Assembly (NCBI GenBank): GCA_051294905.1
Contig: CM119371.1
Span: 17,858,001-17,922,000 of the forward strand
Direction: 5' to 3'
Length of the DNA: 64,000 nt
DNA from: Botryllus schlosseri
Taxonomy: Eukaryota
Shown here piece by piece: positions 51,622 through 62,512 of this stretch. The notes beneath the pieces were generated by a model. That model worked only from the letters and a program-made list of their open reading frames with translations. It was not told the DNA's origin and did not search any database. The position numbers and the translations under genes are program-made. Position 1 is the first letter of the stretch. The number at the start of each line of letters is the position of its first letter.

Positions 51622-53040
51622 ATGGAGAACATGGACGCAGAAACGTCTAGTCGTATGAAGCGCAAGAAGTGTAGCGTTAAGGAAGCTGAGAGTGACTCCG
51701 ATGAAGATGGAAATGGCGCTAAGGTTATAGCTAGAGACTATGCGACTACGCCTAACAATCCAGATCCTTGTCCTAAAGTAACATCTCCTTCGCAAGTATC
51801 TTCTGCCGTACCGTCTTCCATCCCTGTCTCGGGAAATCTCAAGGTTTTGCTCAGTGGAGAGGGTAGACTAATGAAATCGTATCATCCAGACTTGGTTAAT
51901 AAGGCACTTTATGCGTCAATAGGCAGCTATGCTGATATCAAGGTTCTTCGCTCGGGTGACATCCTTATCACTTGTAACAACGAAAAGCAAGCAAAGCAGC
52001 TCCTTGATTGCACCATTTTGAAGTCCGCATCGACAACCATTAAAATTAAGACATCAATCTTTCAACCCAGACCATACGCAAGTCGCGCAGTTATCCCTGG
52101 AGTACCTGTCGAAATATCGGAACAGGAGCTCTTAGAGAGTTTTCGCAGCATGAATGTAATTCATGTTAAAAGGCTCACCAAAAAAACGAAAGATGGCACT
52201 GTTAGTACAACTGCAGTTCTGCTGTCTTTCAGCACGGTCACGATTCCACCGCACGTGATGTTCCACTATCTTCGTTTTAAAACGAGACAATATAATCCAC
52301 CGCCAACGAGATGCTTCCAATGCAATCGCTTTTGGCATGTCGCCAAGCACTGCCGCGGAAAACGTTGCTGCTCCAAATGCGGTGGCCGTGATCACACGTA
52401 TGACGACTGTTCAAACAACAAAAAATGTGTAAATTGCAACGAGGAACACAGCGCTGCATATGGTGGTTGCATCATATACAAGGAAGAAGCCAAATTTAAT
52501 GCTCTTAGAGAGGGATATCATATGTCCCTCACACAACCACAACCACAACCCAAGGAAACTCCCGAGACCATGTCCGAGTACCATGAGTCGGTAATCGTAG
52601 ACGATCCTGCCCCCAACAGACTTGACGTACACAGGATCTCAAAGCCATACCCGCAGCGGCTTAGTTATAAGAATGTACTAACCCGTGGTCGGAGTTAAAG
52701 GCCTACCACCCCACAGCCCAACGACGGTGACCTGCGCCACTGGCGACAACCACCACCTGCTCGAACTGCTGCCAACCCCACAGTCGAAACCGCATCAAGC
52801 GGGCTTGCTTCTATTGACGCCGTAGTCCTCCTTGCGCTCATTGCTGAAATCGTTAAGATAACTGTAAATGCTTGCAAATCTAGCGACAGTGGTACCGTTC
52901 TACATACTATTGTAGCCAAAGCTGCCAGCAAATATTTGGGATTTTCTGTTGACCCAGTCTCTCTGAAAAATGTCACAAAAAGCTTTGGTGAGACCGAAGA
53001 CACTCCCTCCCAGACGTCAAATGGCACTTTAAATGGATAA
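51622..53040 (+). pseudogene. LINE ORF1 (gag-like, three CCHC knuckles) with one internal TAA at 52696-52698
   Basis: Contains CFQCNRFWHVAKHC, CSKCGGRDHTYDDC and CVNCNEEHSAAYGGC. The same frame stays open after the TAA (LLALIAEIVKITVN...IVAKAASKYLG) up to a TAA at 53038-53040 that overlaps the ORF2 start. Confidence 0.85.
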
Positions 53041-56000
53041 TCACAACTCTTTAGTCATTTTACAGTGGAACTGCAGGGGCATCTATCGCAAGCTACACGA
53101 ATTTAAGCACTACTTGTCAACCTTAACCATTCAACCAGACGTTATTCTTATTCAAGAATCCCATCTTGTCCAAAAGTACACACCAAAACTAGGGGGGTAC
53201 CAACTATTCCGCCGTGATAAGACGGTGCACTCTGGCGGCATTGCCACTTTTGTTCGAGCATCGCTCAATGCCTCTCTTTCGAACAATGTCTCGTCAGCCG
53301 TTTTTGAGGTACTATGTGTGCGAGTAGGGAACTTGAACATATGCAACGTTTACATACCCCCGGACTGTGAAACTACAGCTAGTGATTTTAGGATATTCGG
53401 CTCTTTGTCATCACGCTCCATTATATGCGGCGACTTCAATGCGCACCATTCTTCATGGAGCCACTCGACAAATGCACGTGGCAACCAACTCTGCGAAATA
53501 ATGGATAGAAACGACCTTGTCCTGTTGAATTCATCGTCACCCACCCGTATGAATATTGCGTGTGATGCCGTCCATCGCTGGTCACTTCTTGATCTGTCGA
53601 TGTCGTCTCGGGACATTGCGGCGAGATGTGCCACAACAGTAACCGACCAGCTCATCGGTAGTGATCATGTTGTAGTCCAGACCACATACAATAATAGGGC
53701 GTCGTGCAATTCATCAAAACGTAGATGGGATTACAGTAAGGCGAACTGGTCAGCCTTCTCGGCTGCTGCGGATTTCCACCTCCAATCCAACTTCGTTCCT
53801 ATGGGGGAAACTGAAGACCTTCACCGCCATTTCACAAATAGCCTACTTCTAGCGGCGGGAGAGTCGATCCCACGACCGAAAATATCAACGAAAATAGCCG
53901 TACCTTGGTGGAACGTGGGATGTACCCGTGCTGTGCGCAGGAAAAGGGCTGCTTACTTGAAGATGAAACGTACGTTTCACATTCGAGACGTGATCGCCTT
54001 CAAACGCATGAGAGCCGAATGTCGAAAAACCATCCTTTCTGCTAAACGCAAATGCTGGGAGGATTTTTGTGGTACATTGGACTCCCGTACGCAGATGGCG
54101 AAAGTCTGGCACGTTATGAAATCTATGTCGGGAGTGCATACGTTCAATTCCATACCAACGCTGAAGTCGAACGGGTCTATTTCTCAAAATAACAGAACCA
54201 AAGCTAATACACTGGCTTCACACTTCGCAAAAACGAGCAGCTCCGACAACTACCCAGCAGGATTTCGTATAACGAAGGCTAACTTTGAAAACACGGTTCA
54301 TCTTACCGCTGACAACGAACCAGATCGGCACAGGAATTCGATCATAAACATCGAATTCACTCTTGCCGAACTGAATCAAGCTTTGCGTAGCCGAAAATCA
54401 ACTTCACCCGGGGAGGACTCCGTAGGGTATTCGATGTTGAAAAATCTATCATCCTCCGGTCGCACCGATCTTTTGAAACTATACAATGCATCCTGGGAGA
54501 CGGGGAAATTGCCAGTCTCGTGGAAACATGCCATAGTCTGCCCAATTGCCAAAAAGGGCAAAGATCCTACCTCTGTGGAATCGTACCGTCCTATATCTCT
54601 CACGAGTCACATTTGTAAAGTCATGGAAGTAATGGTCACCAATCGATTAAGATGGGATTTGGAGTCAAAAAATCTGATACATCCCTCACAGTCCGGCTTC
54701 CGGCGTGGTCGAAGCACCCTGGACCACATACTGCGTCTCCACGACACGATTTACAAGAATATCCATCACCAGCGATCGGTGGTAGCGGTCTTCTTAGACA
54801 TAAGTCGAGCCTACGATATGGTGTGGCGCCACGCACTTCTGTACAAACTATACCAGCTCGGTATACGCGGACACATGCACCGATGGATTACAAATTTCCT
54901 TTCTGACAGAACTTTCCAGGTGACGGTAGGAAACACTCTTTCCGACAGTTATGTACTGCAGAACGGTATACCACAGGGAAGCGTTCTCAGCCCCTTGCTG
55001 TTTGCGGTAATGATCAATGATTTACCGAGCTCGTTAGGTCATCGGTCTGAACATGCGGTGTTCGCAGATGACTGCGCTGTTTGGGATAGCGGTCTTCTTA
55101 TCCAGCCCCTCTTGTCTTCCATTCAATCATCACTCGATGTAATAAGCGACTGGTGTTCCAGATGGGGGTTTACCATCAGCAAGGCAAAGACCGTAGGCAT
55201 GCTGTTCACGAAGAAAAGGAAAATTCCTCCACTTATCTTGAAAACTGGTGACCATGAACTTGAATTTGTCGACACCTACAAATATTTGGGTATCACGTTT
55301 GACAAATTGCTTAACTATAAGCAACATATCGATACGATTTCCAAAAAGTGCTCCAACAGACTGAATCTAATCAGAGTCGTGACTGGTACCACATGGGGAG
55401 CGAGTAAAAGACCATTGCTGCAACTTTTCAGGGCGCTGATACGATCACTGATTGACTATGGGTTACCAGCATATTACTTCGCCCCAAAAAAGTATCTTGA
55501 CAAGTTACGCACCATACGAAATCAAGCTCTCCGCCTCTGCTGTGGAGCAATGCGCAGCACCCCCATTTGTGCACTTGAAGCATCATGTGACGAGCTTCCT
55601 CTCCATCTGCGCCACAAACAGCTTAGCCTTAACTATCGCTGTCACCTTAGAGGTTACCAGGCTCACGAACATCCAACATTAGGAGTGCTTGAAGACTCTT
55701 GGCAGGAGATATATAGCCTCATGAACCCAAAATTCATTACCTTCAACATCGCCACCAATGTCGAGTCTCTGAATAACCTTGTCTTGGAAAGAAAAAGTCT
55801 TCCGAATTTGCCTCCATGGCTGATTCAATCTCCTAATATTGATTTAGACCTTGCAAAAATCATTAAAAAAGATATCGCACCTCTGTCGCATAAACCCATA
55901 GTCCTGGACTTCATATTCGAACGATATAGGGATGCCTCTGAAATATACACTGACGGCTCCAAATCAGCAGAGGGAGCCGGTTTTGCCTTTACCATCCCGT

Positions 56001-56803
56001 CGCTGATGATAAACTTTTCCCAGTCGTGTTCCACTCTTAAGTCAATCTTCTCCATAGAAGCACAAGCCATTCTCCACGCTCTAAAATGGATCTGCCAGAA
56101 TGGCTCATACCAACAAACATATCTGATTCTATCGGACAGTCTGAGCGTGCTATCCGCTATGACCAACCTGCAGGCACCGCAGACGCAGAATGTTATATTT
56201 GAATGTGGTCGCTTGCTGAATCGAGTGGTTCAGAAAGGCGCCATTGTTGTCCTGGCCTGGGTACCGGGGCATGCTCATATCGGTGGTAATGAATTAGTTA
56301 ATAAATTGGCTTGGCAAGCTGCCAGGACCAATATCGAAAATACCCCTTCTCAGACGCTTCCAGAAACAATTAGCCACGCTGAGGCGAAAGCCGAAGTACG
56401 TCAATACTGTAGAGCGACCTGGAACGCCGAATATCAACGAAATGAGCGTGGAGGTCACTATCGAAATGTCCATAGATCATTGACTGATGGCCACTTTCCA
56501 TCGATGCATCGACATAGGCTTTACGAACGAATAATATTTCGGCTTCGTTCAGGCCATTGCCGCCTGAAAGCGCATTTATATAAAATTGGATGTAGCGACA
56601 CCGACCTATGCGACCATTGTACAGTACCTGATACAGTCGAGCATTTTTTGCTGCACTGCAATCGACATGATTTTCATCGGAACTTTTTAATCGACAGGGC
56701 GCGCGAGCTCAAAATCACTGCAACACTCGAAAATCTATTGATCATCCCCGAAATGTTATCCCATGTTGCAGAATTTGTTATATCTTGTGGTACTTACTTG
56801 TAA
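53033..56803 (+). CDS. LINE ORF2: APE endonuclease, reverse transcriptase, RNase H, C-terminal CCHC (1256 aa)
   Basis: APE: ILQWNCRG, IQESH, GDFNAH, SDH. RT: YRPISLTS, QSGFR, GIPQGSVLSP, FADD. RNase H: IYTDGSK, LSDS, WVPGH. C-terminus: CDHC...EHFLLHC. Confidence 0.97.
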   Translation: MDNHNSLVILQWNCRGIYRKLHEFKHYLSTLTIQPDVILIQESHLVQKYTPKLGGYQLFRRDKTVHSGGIATFVRASLNASLSNNVSSAVFEVLCVRVGNLNICNVYIPPDCETTASDFRIFGSLSSRSIICGDFNAHHSSWSHSTNARGNQLCEIMDRNDLVLLNSSSPTRMNIACDAVHRWSLLDLSMSSRDIAARCATTVTDQLIGSDHVVVQTTYNNRASCNSSKRRWDYSKANWSAFSAAADFHLQSNFVPMGETEDLHRHFTNSLLLAAGESIPRPKISTKIAVPWWNVGCTRAVRRKRAAYLKMKRTFHIRDVIAFKRMRAECRKTILSAKRKCWEDFCGTLDSRTQMAKVWHVMKSMSGVHTFNSIPTLKSNGSISQNNRTKANTLASHFAKTSSSDNYPAGFRITKANFENTVHLTADNEPDRHRNSIINIEFTLAELNQALRSRKSTSPGEDSVGYSMLKNLSSSGRTDLLKLYNASWETGKLPVSWKHAIVCPIAKKGKDPTSVESYRPISLTSHICKVMEVMVTNRLRWDLESKNLIHPSQSGFRRGRSTLDHILRLHDTIYKNIHHQRSVVAVFLDISRAYDMVWRHALLYKLYQLGIRGHMHRWITNFLSDRTFQVTVGNTLSDSYVLQNGIPQGSVLSPLLFAVMINDLPSSLGHRSEHAVFADDCAVWDSGLLIQPLLSSIQSSLDVISDWCSRWGFTISKAKTVGMLFTKKRKIPPLILKTGDHELEFVDTYKYLGITFDKLLNYKQHIDTISKKCSNRLNLIRVVTGTTWGASKRPLLQLFRALIRSLIDYGLPAYYFAPKKYLDKLRTIRNQALRLCCGAMRSTPICALEASCDELPLHLRHKQLSLNYRCHLRGYQAHEHPTLGVLEDSWQEIYSLMNPKFITFNIATNVESLNNLVLERKSLPNLPPWLIQSPNIDLDLAKIIKKDIAPLSHKPIVLDFIFERYRDASEIYTDGSKSAEGAGFAFTIPSLMINFSQSCSTLKSIFSIEAQAILHALKWICQNGSYQQTYLILSDSLSVLSAMTNLQAPQTQNVIFECGRLLNRVVQKGAIVVLAWVPGHAHIGGNELVNKLAWQAARTNIENTPSQTLPETISHAEAKAEVRQYCRATWNAEYQRNERGGHYRNVHRSLTDGHFPSMHRHRLYERIIFRLRSGHCRLKAHLYKIGCSDTDLCDHCTVPDTVEHFLLHCNRHDFHRNFLIDRARELKITATLENLLIIPEMLSHVAEFVISCGTYL

Positions 56804-58308
56804 ATCGGTTATTGACCATATTTTGGTAAATCGCTCATTTTAGTCCGTGACGCACCTGGCCTTACAGGCGAAAAGCGTCACTCATCTTTTCATCAATAAT
56901 AATAATAATAACTGCGAGCTGTGTGAGGAGCTTCTCAAAGCTCAAACTGATTAAGTATTATATATTTAGTTCTATCATGAATAATGATCGGCTATCAGCT
57001 CCATCCATTCTGTCTATAGAAAGAGACTACGTTCAAAAACTTGATTTTGAGGATATTATCGCTGCTTTTGCTTTAAGGCGGCCATTGATTTTCTATTTGT
57101 ACAATACATTCGTTCGCTATTTCTTGTTTTTATTATTTTTGGCGTCATTAACGTCAAGACGGTGAGGCTGAGAAGCGGCATATTATTTGTAATTATTCCT
57201 ATTGACAAGATTACTTGAACATCAATCTATGTCGAAATTTGATGCGGTCTACCTAGGGGGCGGCATTTTCAAGAGAGCCAGGGGCGGCAGCACATGCTGC
57301 TACGCCAGTGACCAAAAAGACAAGGGGCGACAAAACCTTGGTCAAAAGTGAGCGTATAGTTGGTTCGCCAAAACTTTCGATATTGATATGCTCGATCGTC
57401 GAAATGGTCCGCAGTCGGCTCCGAATAGTCCCGTCTTTGCCATACGGATATACAGTGGTACAAATGCCACACATGGAGGAAATTAATTAACCTCAATTTG
57501 AAACCGCGTGCATCAGACATGTTTGGTATAGAGCTGTGTTGCTCACAATTGTTGTTTGTGCGTTCTCTGTGTCATATATGCCCGTGAAATCGTAGCATAC
57601 TATTATTGGATTGCCTTGCGTCCACTTTTTAGAGGTTGGTCCTCTTTTAAGACTTTTTTGAAAATGTTCTCAGAGGACGCCTAAATATCCTCTTTTTTGA
57701 GAATTTTGGTTAAACGTACGTGGAAATTGGACCTATAGATATGGGAATTCAGCGGCCAAATAACGGCGGACCCTTTTTTTAGTTAACCAATCAGAAAATC
57801 GGGAAATATTACAATTTTTCAGGATTTTACTCCAGTATCCTAAGTCTGAAAATTTTGTAAAAATGTGTCCTCCTTTTAGATTCTAAAAATATGATAACCC
57901 TATCATATTATGACATAAAAACGCATTATCTTTGATATGTGAGGCTGAGGGGTCACGAGATGCGACTAAAACTGAGATTTTAGTAGCGGTCTAAAAAGTT
58001 TCAGAACCACTGCTTTTAGGTTATAATACTGCTGTGACTGTTCCAGTTATATAGAGCTAAAGCGCCGAACACACGGTATCGTGACTTTCTTTGCTCTTCT
58101 GATTTACACGTCAGACAGAAAATGCACAATCGAAGAAGAAAATGGAAGAAAAAAGAACACAATTAGGAGTGGCATATCATAAGGTAGCCGAGTGCCTTTT
58201 CCAGAATTTTCCTGAATTAATTTGCGTCCGTGGCACCCAAGACCTTAAGAGGCACCCAGTGGCACCCAAGACCACTGAAAACTGTTAATAATAATAACAA
58301 TAATAATG

Positions 58309-58500
58309 CCAATTCTTCATCTACTGCAATTCTGTAATCTGATTTGGACTCCATGTATTGCATAGGAATAACAATTTGACTGCATTACTGAAATTTTAAA
58401 AAATTTACTCCAATCTCGCCATTTTCCTTTGGGTGCAGGTTGCTCCCCGGATTATGTGTGTATTGACCAGTTTCTTACTGTGAATAAAGAATATAATAAT
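58309..58500 (+). mobile_element. Short 3'-UTR-only copy of the R4/Dong-like element
   Basis: Matches 61388-61565; flanked by (AAT)n on both sides. Confidence 0.75.
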
Positions 58501-58820
58501 TCAGAGTGTACCACAATCAAAATGAAACTCATAGCACAGAGGTATCAAGCAATGTTCCTTCTAATTCTTGAGGAATCTGCGTACACTCACCAACTCACTG
58601 CGCGGACCCTTGGACAGTCCATAACGACTAAAAAAAGTCGTCTCTTCGGATATTTTGTGCACAACTTGGATTTTCTGTGCGCAGAGACTGTGTCAGCACT
58701 GCGCGTTTGCACACGTGCGCAGCTTGGAGGGAAAATTGGTTTTTTTGGGGGGGTATTCATGGTGTTTGTCGACAACTATTGTCATTTACGCCAGGCCGAT
58801 ATTCTTCTTATTTTCCGTAA

Positions 58821-59008
58821 CTGCCGACTTATAGCACGGCCCACCTCTAGTCTTTTGTAAGACACCGCTGACGTGGAGGTGACGAGGAGGAGCCTAGGTA
58901 AACCTCCAACACTTAGGTATCGGAATTTGGAAGTCGACCTCGGTTGGACTCGAACCCGCACCCATTGCTGTTGCAGCCGCGGATTATACCACTGCGCTAT
59001 CTCGCCAC
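58821..59008 (-). mobile_element. tRNA-derived SINE family 1 (best-preserved copy)
   Basis: Reverse strand: A box tagcgcagtgg, B box ggttcgagtcc, shared body. Partial minus-strand copies also at about 12746-12793 and 14620-14698. Confidence 0.85.
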
Positions 59009-59580
59009 AGGGAACATTGGTGTCAAACATGCGGCCAGCGGGCCGCAAACGGTCCGCCAGACGGTTTCATCCGGCCAGCGACGCGATTCTGAAAAATTGC
59101 TGTATTATCAAGCGCATTTCTAACAAATGTTGAGATTTTAGTACGATATACTTGTCATTAAATAATCCTTCAAGACAGCAAATGTCGACCATGTTCATAA
59201 GCCACATTATAACCATCGAATAGTGGTGCTGCGGTTGCACTGTACTCACTATCAGCCACAAGTCGCTGCCATTTACACCCAAATCTGAGAGGACAAAAAA
59301 GTGCACAGTCAGTTGGATGGACCAAATCGTAGTTATTTGCAGAAGTGAAAACGTGAGTTACAAACCGGTATGTGCAGATTACCTGGAGAATATAATTATG
59401 ACACAAAAATATAATTTGAATATCTGTGGTCGCGATCCAATTTCACTTATGACTTACCGGATCCTCGGCCTCCAGAGAAACCGGAATCGCAATATAATGA
59501 TAATAAACCAAATTTCAACGTCTATGCGTTTACGGTTAAATCGCCTGTATTCCTCACAATGCATACACATGACGATATTG

Positions 59581-60394
59581 CAGGCGTGGGCAAACTACGG
59601 CCCGCGGGCCGCATGCGGCCCGCAACACCGTTTTGTGCGGCCCGCGAGAGTGAAAAGAAACTTGTTAAAAATTTTGATAAAATGATTACTAAAAATCGAA
59701 TTAATGCAACTTTTTATTAGTATATTTCAACATGATGATTCTAAGGCAGTGACTCTCAAACTGGGGGCTCGCCTCCCTCCCCCCCCAACATTGGGCCGTG
59801 AAAGCATCTGAAGGGGGCCGCGAAGCTGAGCTGGAATGAAATTTTTTTCGCGCTCCACGCGATTTACATCTAATCTTCAGTAATTGCTTTGTATTCAGTA
59901 TGAATTTCATATTCAAAAATCTCTCATCCACAGTCGTCATCTTTCATGCCATCAAACTATCCGATTCTTTCTCTGTATGCGTAGAATTAGGGTATTTATA
60001 TTTTATCTACCCACAGTAGAAGCGTGTTTGTTGCTAACATGGGTATGATGCTGTCAGCATTATGTGTCCTGGAACTAAACCAAAAGTTGAATTAGTAAAT
60101 CTATGAACAGTTCGCTGCTCATAGATTTAAATTTCAATCCTGTTCTAAGAATCGGGACAACCGACTTTCATCACTATAGTTTTGACACATTGGTTATTGA
60201 GGTCGACCAGATTATACAATCTCGCCACTGTTTCTGACGCGTCAAAGCAATGTTTGGTTTGTTTTAAATAAGCATATATATAAGAGCCATGTCCTTCATA
60301 TATGATCAAATCCCAATATTGCGTTTTGGTGCGGCCCGCGAATGGATTCAGATGTTGAATGCGGCCCGCGAGCTCAAAAGTTTGCCCACCCCTG
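59581..60394. mobile_element. hAT (Charlie/Buster-like) MITE nested in an older MITE (about 59015-60741)
   Basis: caggcgtgggcaaact / agtttgcccacccctg termini, GCGGCCCGC repeats, perfect TSD cgatattg. Confidence 0.9.
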
Positions 60395-60747
60395 CGATAT
60401 TGTCAGATTACGACAAAAACAAAGAAATCATAGCAATATGCCAATATATATCGTCGGTAACGTCGCTTTTTTAGCAGTTTATATGACTATTCAACCGATC
60501 CATCATCATGATTACGCCAATTCCATTGTTTGCGAATACAGGTCTTCATAGAATAGAACCATATGGTATGTGATATATCGTAATATATTTATATTTATAT
60601 AGGCTTGATAATTGAGCCTTCAAGTGAAAAACAAGGGCATGGATTTTGAGGTAACGATTTGGAATCATTTAACTGGTCCGGTCCGCGAGATCTCTGAATG
60701 TTCCAATCGGGCCCGCAACGCAATTGAGTTTGACACCCCTGCTCTAA

Positions 60748-61567
60748 CACATCTCATGTCCGGCTGTGGTGCACTTGCAGATACCGAATACACATGGAGA
60801 CACAATAGGATTGGTCACTACATTCATCTGGAATAATGAAAACATTTTAACATCACCACTTCGACAAAAATTGGTATGATTACAGCCCAGCACCAGTAAC
60901 AGAAAACGACCAAGTAAAAATTATCTGGGATGTACCAGTTATAACTGACCGCGAAATCAGGAGCAACCGCCCGGATATGATAATCAATATAAAAAAGAGA
61001 AGCGAATGCTTATTCATTGAACTGGCCGTCCCAGCTTATCAAAGCATACTACAAAAGGAATCAGGAAAATAATCGAAATACGCAGACCTCAAAATGGAAT
61101 GTGAGAAAATGTGGCGATGCAAAATAAACATTGTGCCGCTAGTCATTGACGCTACTAGGGTCGTAAGCAAAATACTCATGAGACATATCCAACAAATTCC
61201 GGGAAACTTTCGATTCGACATGATCCAAAAGATCGCGTTATCGCGCATTGTGCATATTCTTCAGAAGGCCTTGAATGCACCACTGGACTAAAATTACACT
61301 TGTGCGCGTGAATCACAGCATAATTTCTGTGATTTCGATTCTACATTTTCAATCATCTCAACTCTGCTCTGCAACCTCTTACAACCCCAATTCTTCATTT
61401 ACCGTAATTCTGTAATCTGACCTCTTCATGCATTGCATAGGAATAGCAATTTGACTGTATTACGGAAGTTTTAAAAATTTACTCCAATCTCGTCATTTTA
61501 CTTGGGTTCCTCCCCGGATTACGTGTGTATTGACCAGTTTTACTGTGAATAAAGAAAATAATAATAA
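60748..61567 (+). mobile_element. Duplicate of the R4/Dong-like fragment, slightly longer at the 5' end
   Basis: Matches 8152-8923 and adds HLMSGCGALADTEY (end of the CCHC knuckle). Confidence 0.85.
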
Positions 61568-62247
61568 GGTAGCGAGATCACATGTGCATACTCTACTTGA
61601 TAGTTTTGTAGCTTATTTTCTAAGCCATCAGGCATGTGACTTTTGCAGCTCTTCGACTAACCGCAGCCTCCGAGACCTTACGTCATACTCTTGAAATTGT
61701 ATTTCTGGCAGCAAGAATTTTTCGCTTGCGGAAAATACGTTGTATTGTGGATAGGAGTGCTCGATGGTTGCTATAAGACCACTCGAAGTACTCGTACAAA
61801 GCAAACACTTATTTGACCGAAAACAGGTTTAGTGCACTATAATTGAAATCAAGGCGAGGAAAAAAGTTGTCTTTTTAATGAGACACTTGATGACCTAAAC
61901 CGGTCGCCAATAGGCTTGTTGCAAATCTAAACAAAATATTGCTGAGTATCTTCATTTTAATTTTGTATAACAATTTTCGGTTGGTTCGGGCGGGTGAAAT
62001 TTGTTTTGTAAGAATAGTTCATATGGTGCCCAAAAAGTTTCAAATGCACAGGGCTAGAATAAGGTGTCGCTAAAATTGTGAAACACGTCTCAGCCACTAT
62101 CGCCAATAGCGACACCGATTCTGTGCCATTTGGAAACTCCATCATGTTGTTTGGCGGCTCCACACGCCCGGGCCTGGTCAAGAATTCTCTTTGTCAGCGA
62201 TGGAGTGGGCAATGTGACGGAGGTAATGAATGAAATTAAATCAGATT

Positions 62248-62512
62248 TCATTCGGCGACTATTCTGCCGTTGGGGTCCAAACGAAGATTATTTTGCAGAC
62301 AATCAGAATTATCTTTTTCCGCCCATAACTTACGAACGGACACTGACATTGGTCGCTTGGGTGGCCCTGTGATAGGGAAATCTGTTTTGTTGAGGTCCCG
62401 ATATGAAACTTTGTATGCATCGTCAAGGCGAATTCCGTGCAGAAAACGGCATATTTGACAATGGTGATATCTTCTCTTATAATGCGGGTGGTGTCGCCTT
62501 TCGGTCCGCCAT
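62248..62512 (-). CDS. GT10 fucosyltransferase copy 2, last coding exon
   Basis: Same length (265 nt), acceptor and stop as 9606-9870. Open frame; 9 substitutions by manual comparison. Confidence 0.9.

Larger units (their letters stand above)
51484..56909 (+). mobile_element. Full-length non-LTR retrotransposon, I group (I/Nimb-like)
   Basis: TSD aactgcgagctgt at 51471-51483 and 56910-56922; (TAA)n 3' tail; two ORFs with gag-like zinc knuckles and EN-RT-RNase H. Confidence 0.95.
50082..57310 (+). mobile_element. Internally deleted hAT (Tip100/ZMYM1-like) transposon hosting nested insertions
   Basis: 15-bp TIRs cagtggcgtagcagc / gctgctacgccagtg (1 mismatch) and TSD accaaaaa; the empty site is visible in copy 1 near 7189. 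The dimerisation-domain relic LKLYLNIGVSTASC|VRSFSKLKLIK...RLSAPSILSIER is split by the LINE. Confidence 0.92.
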
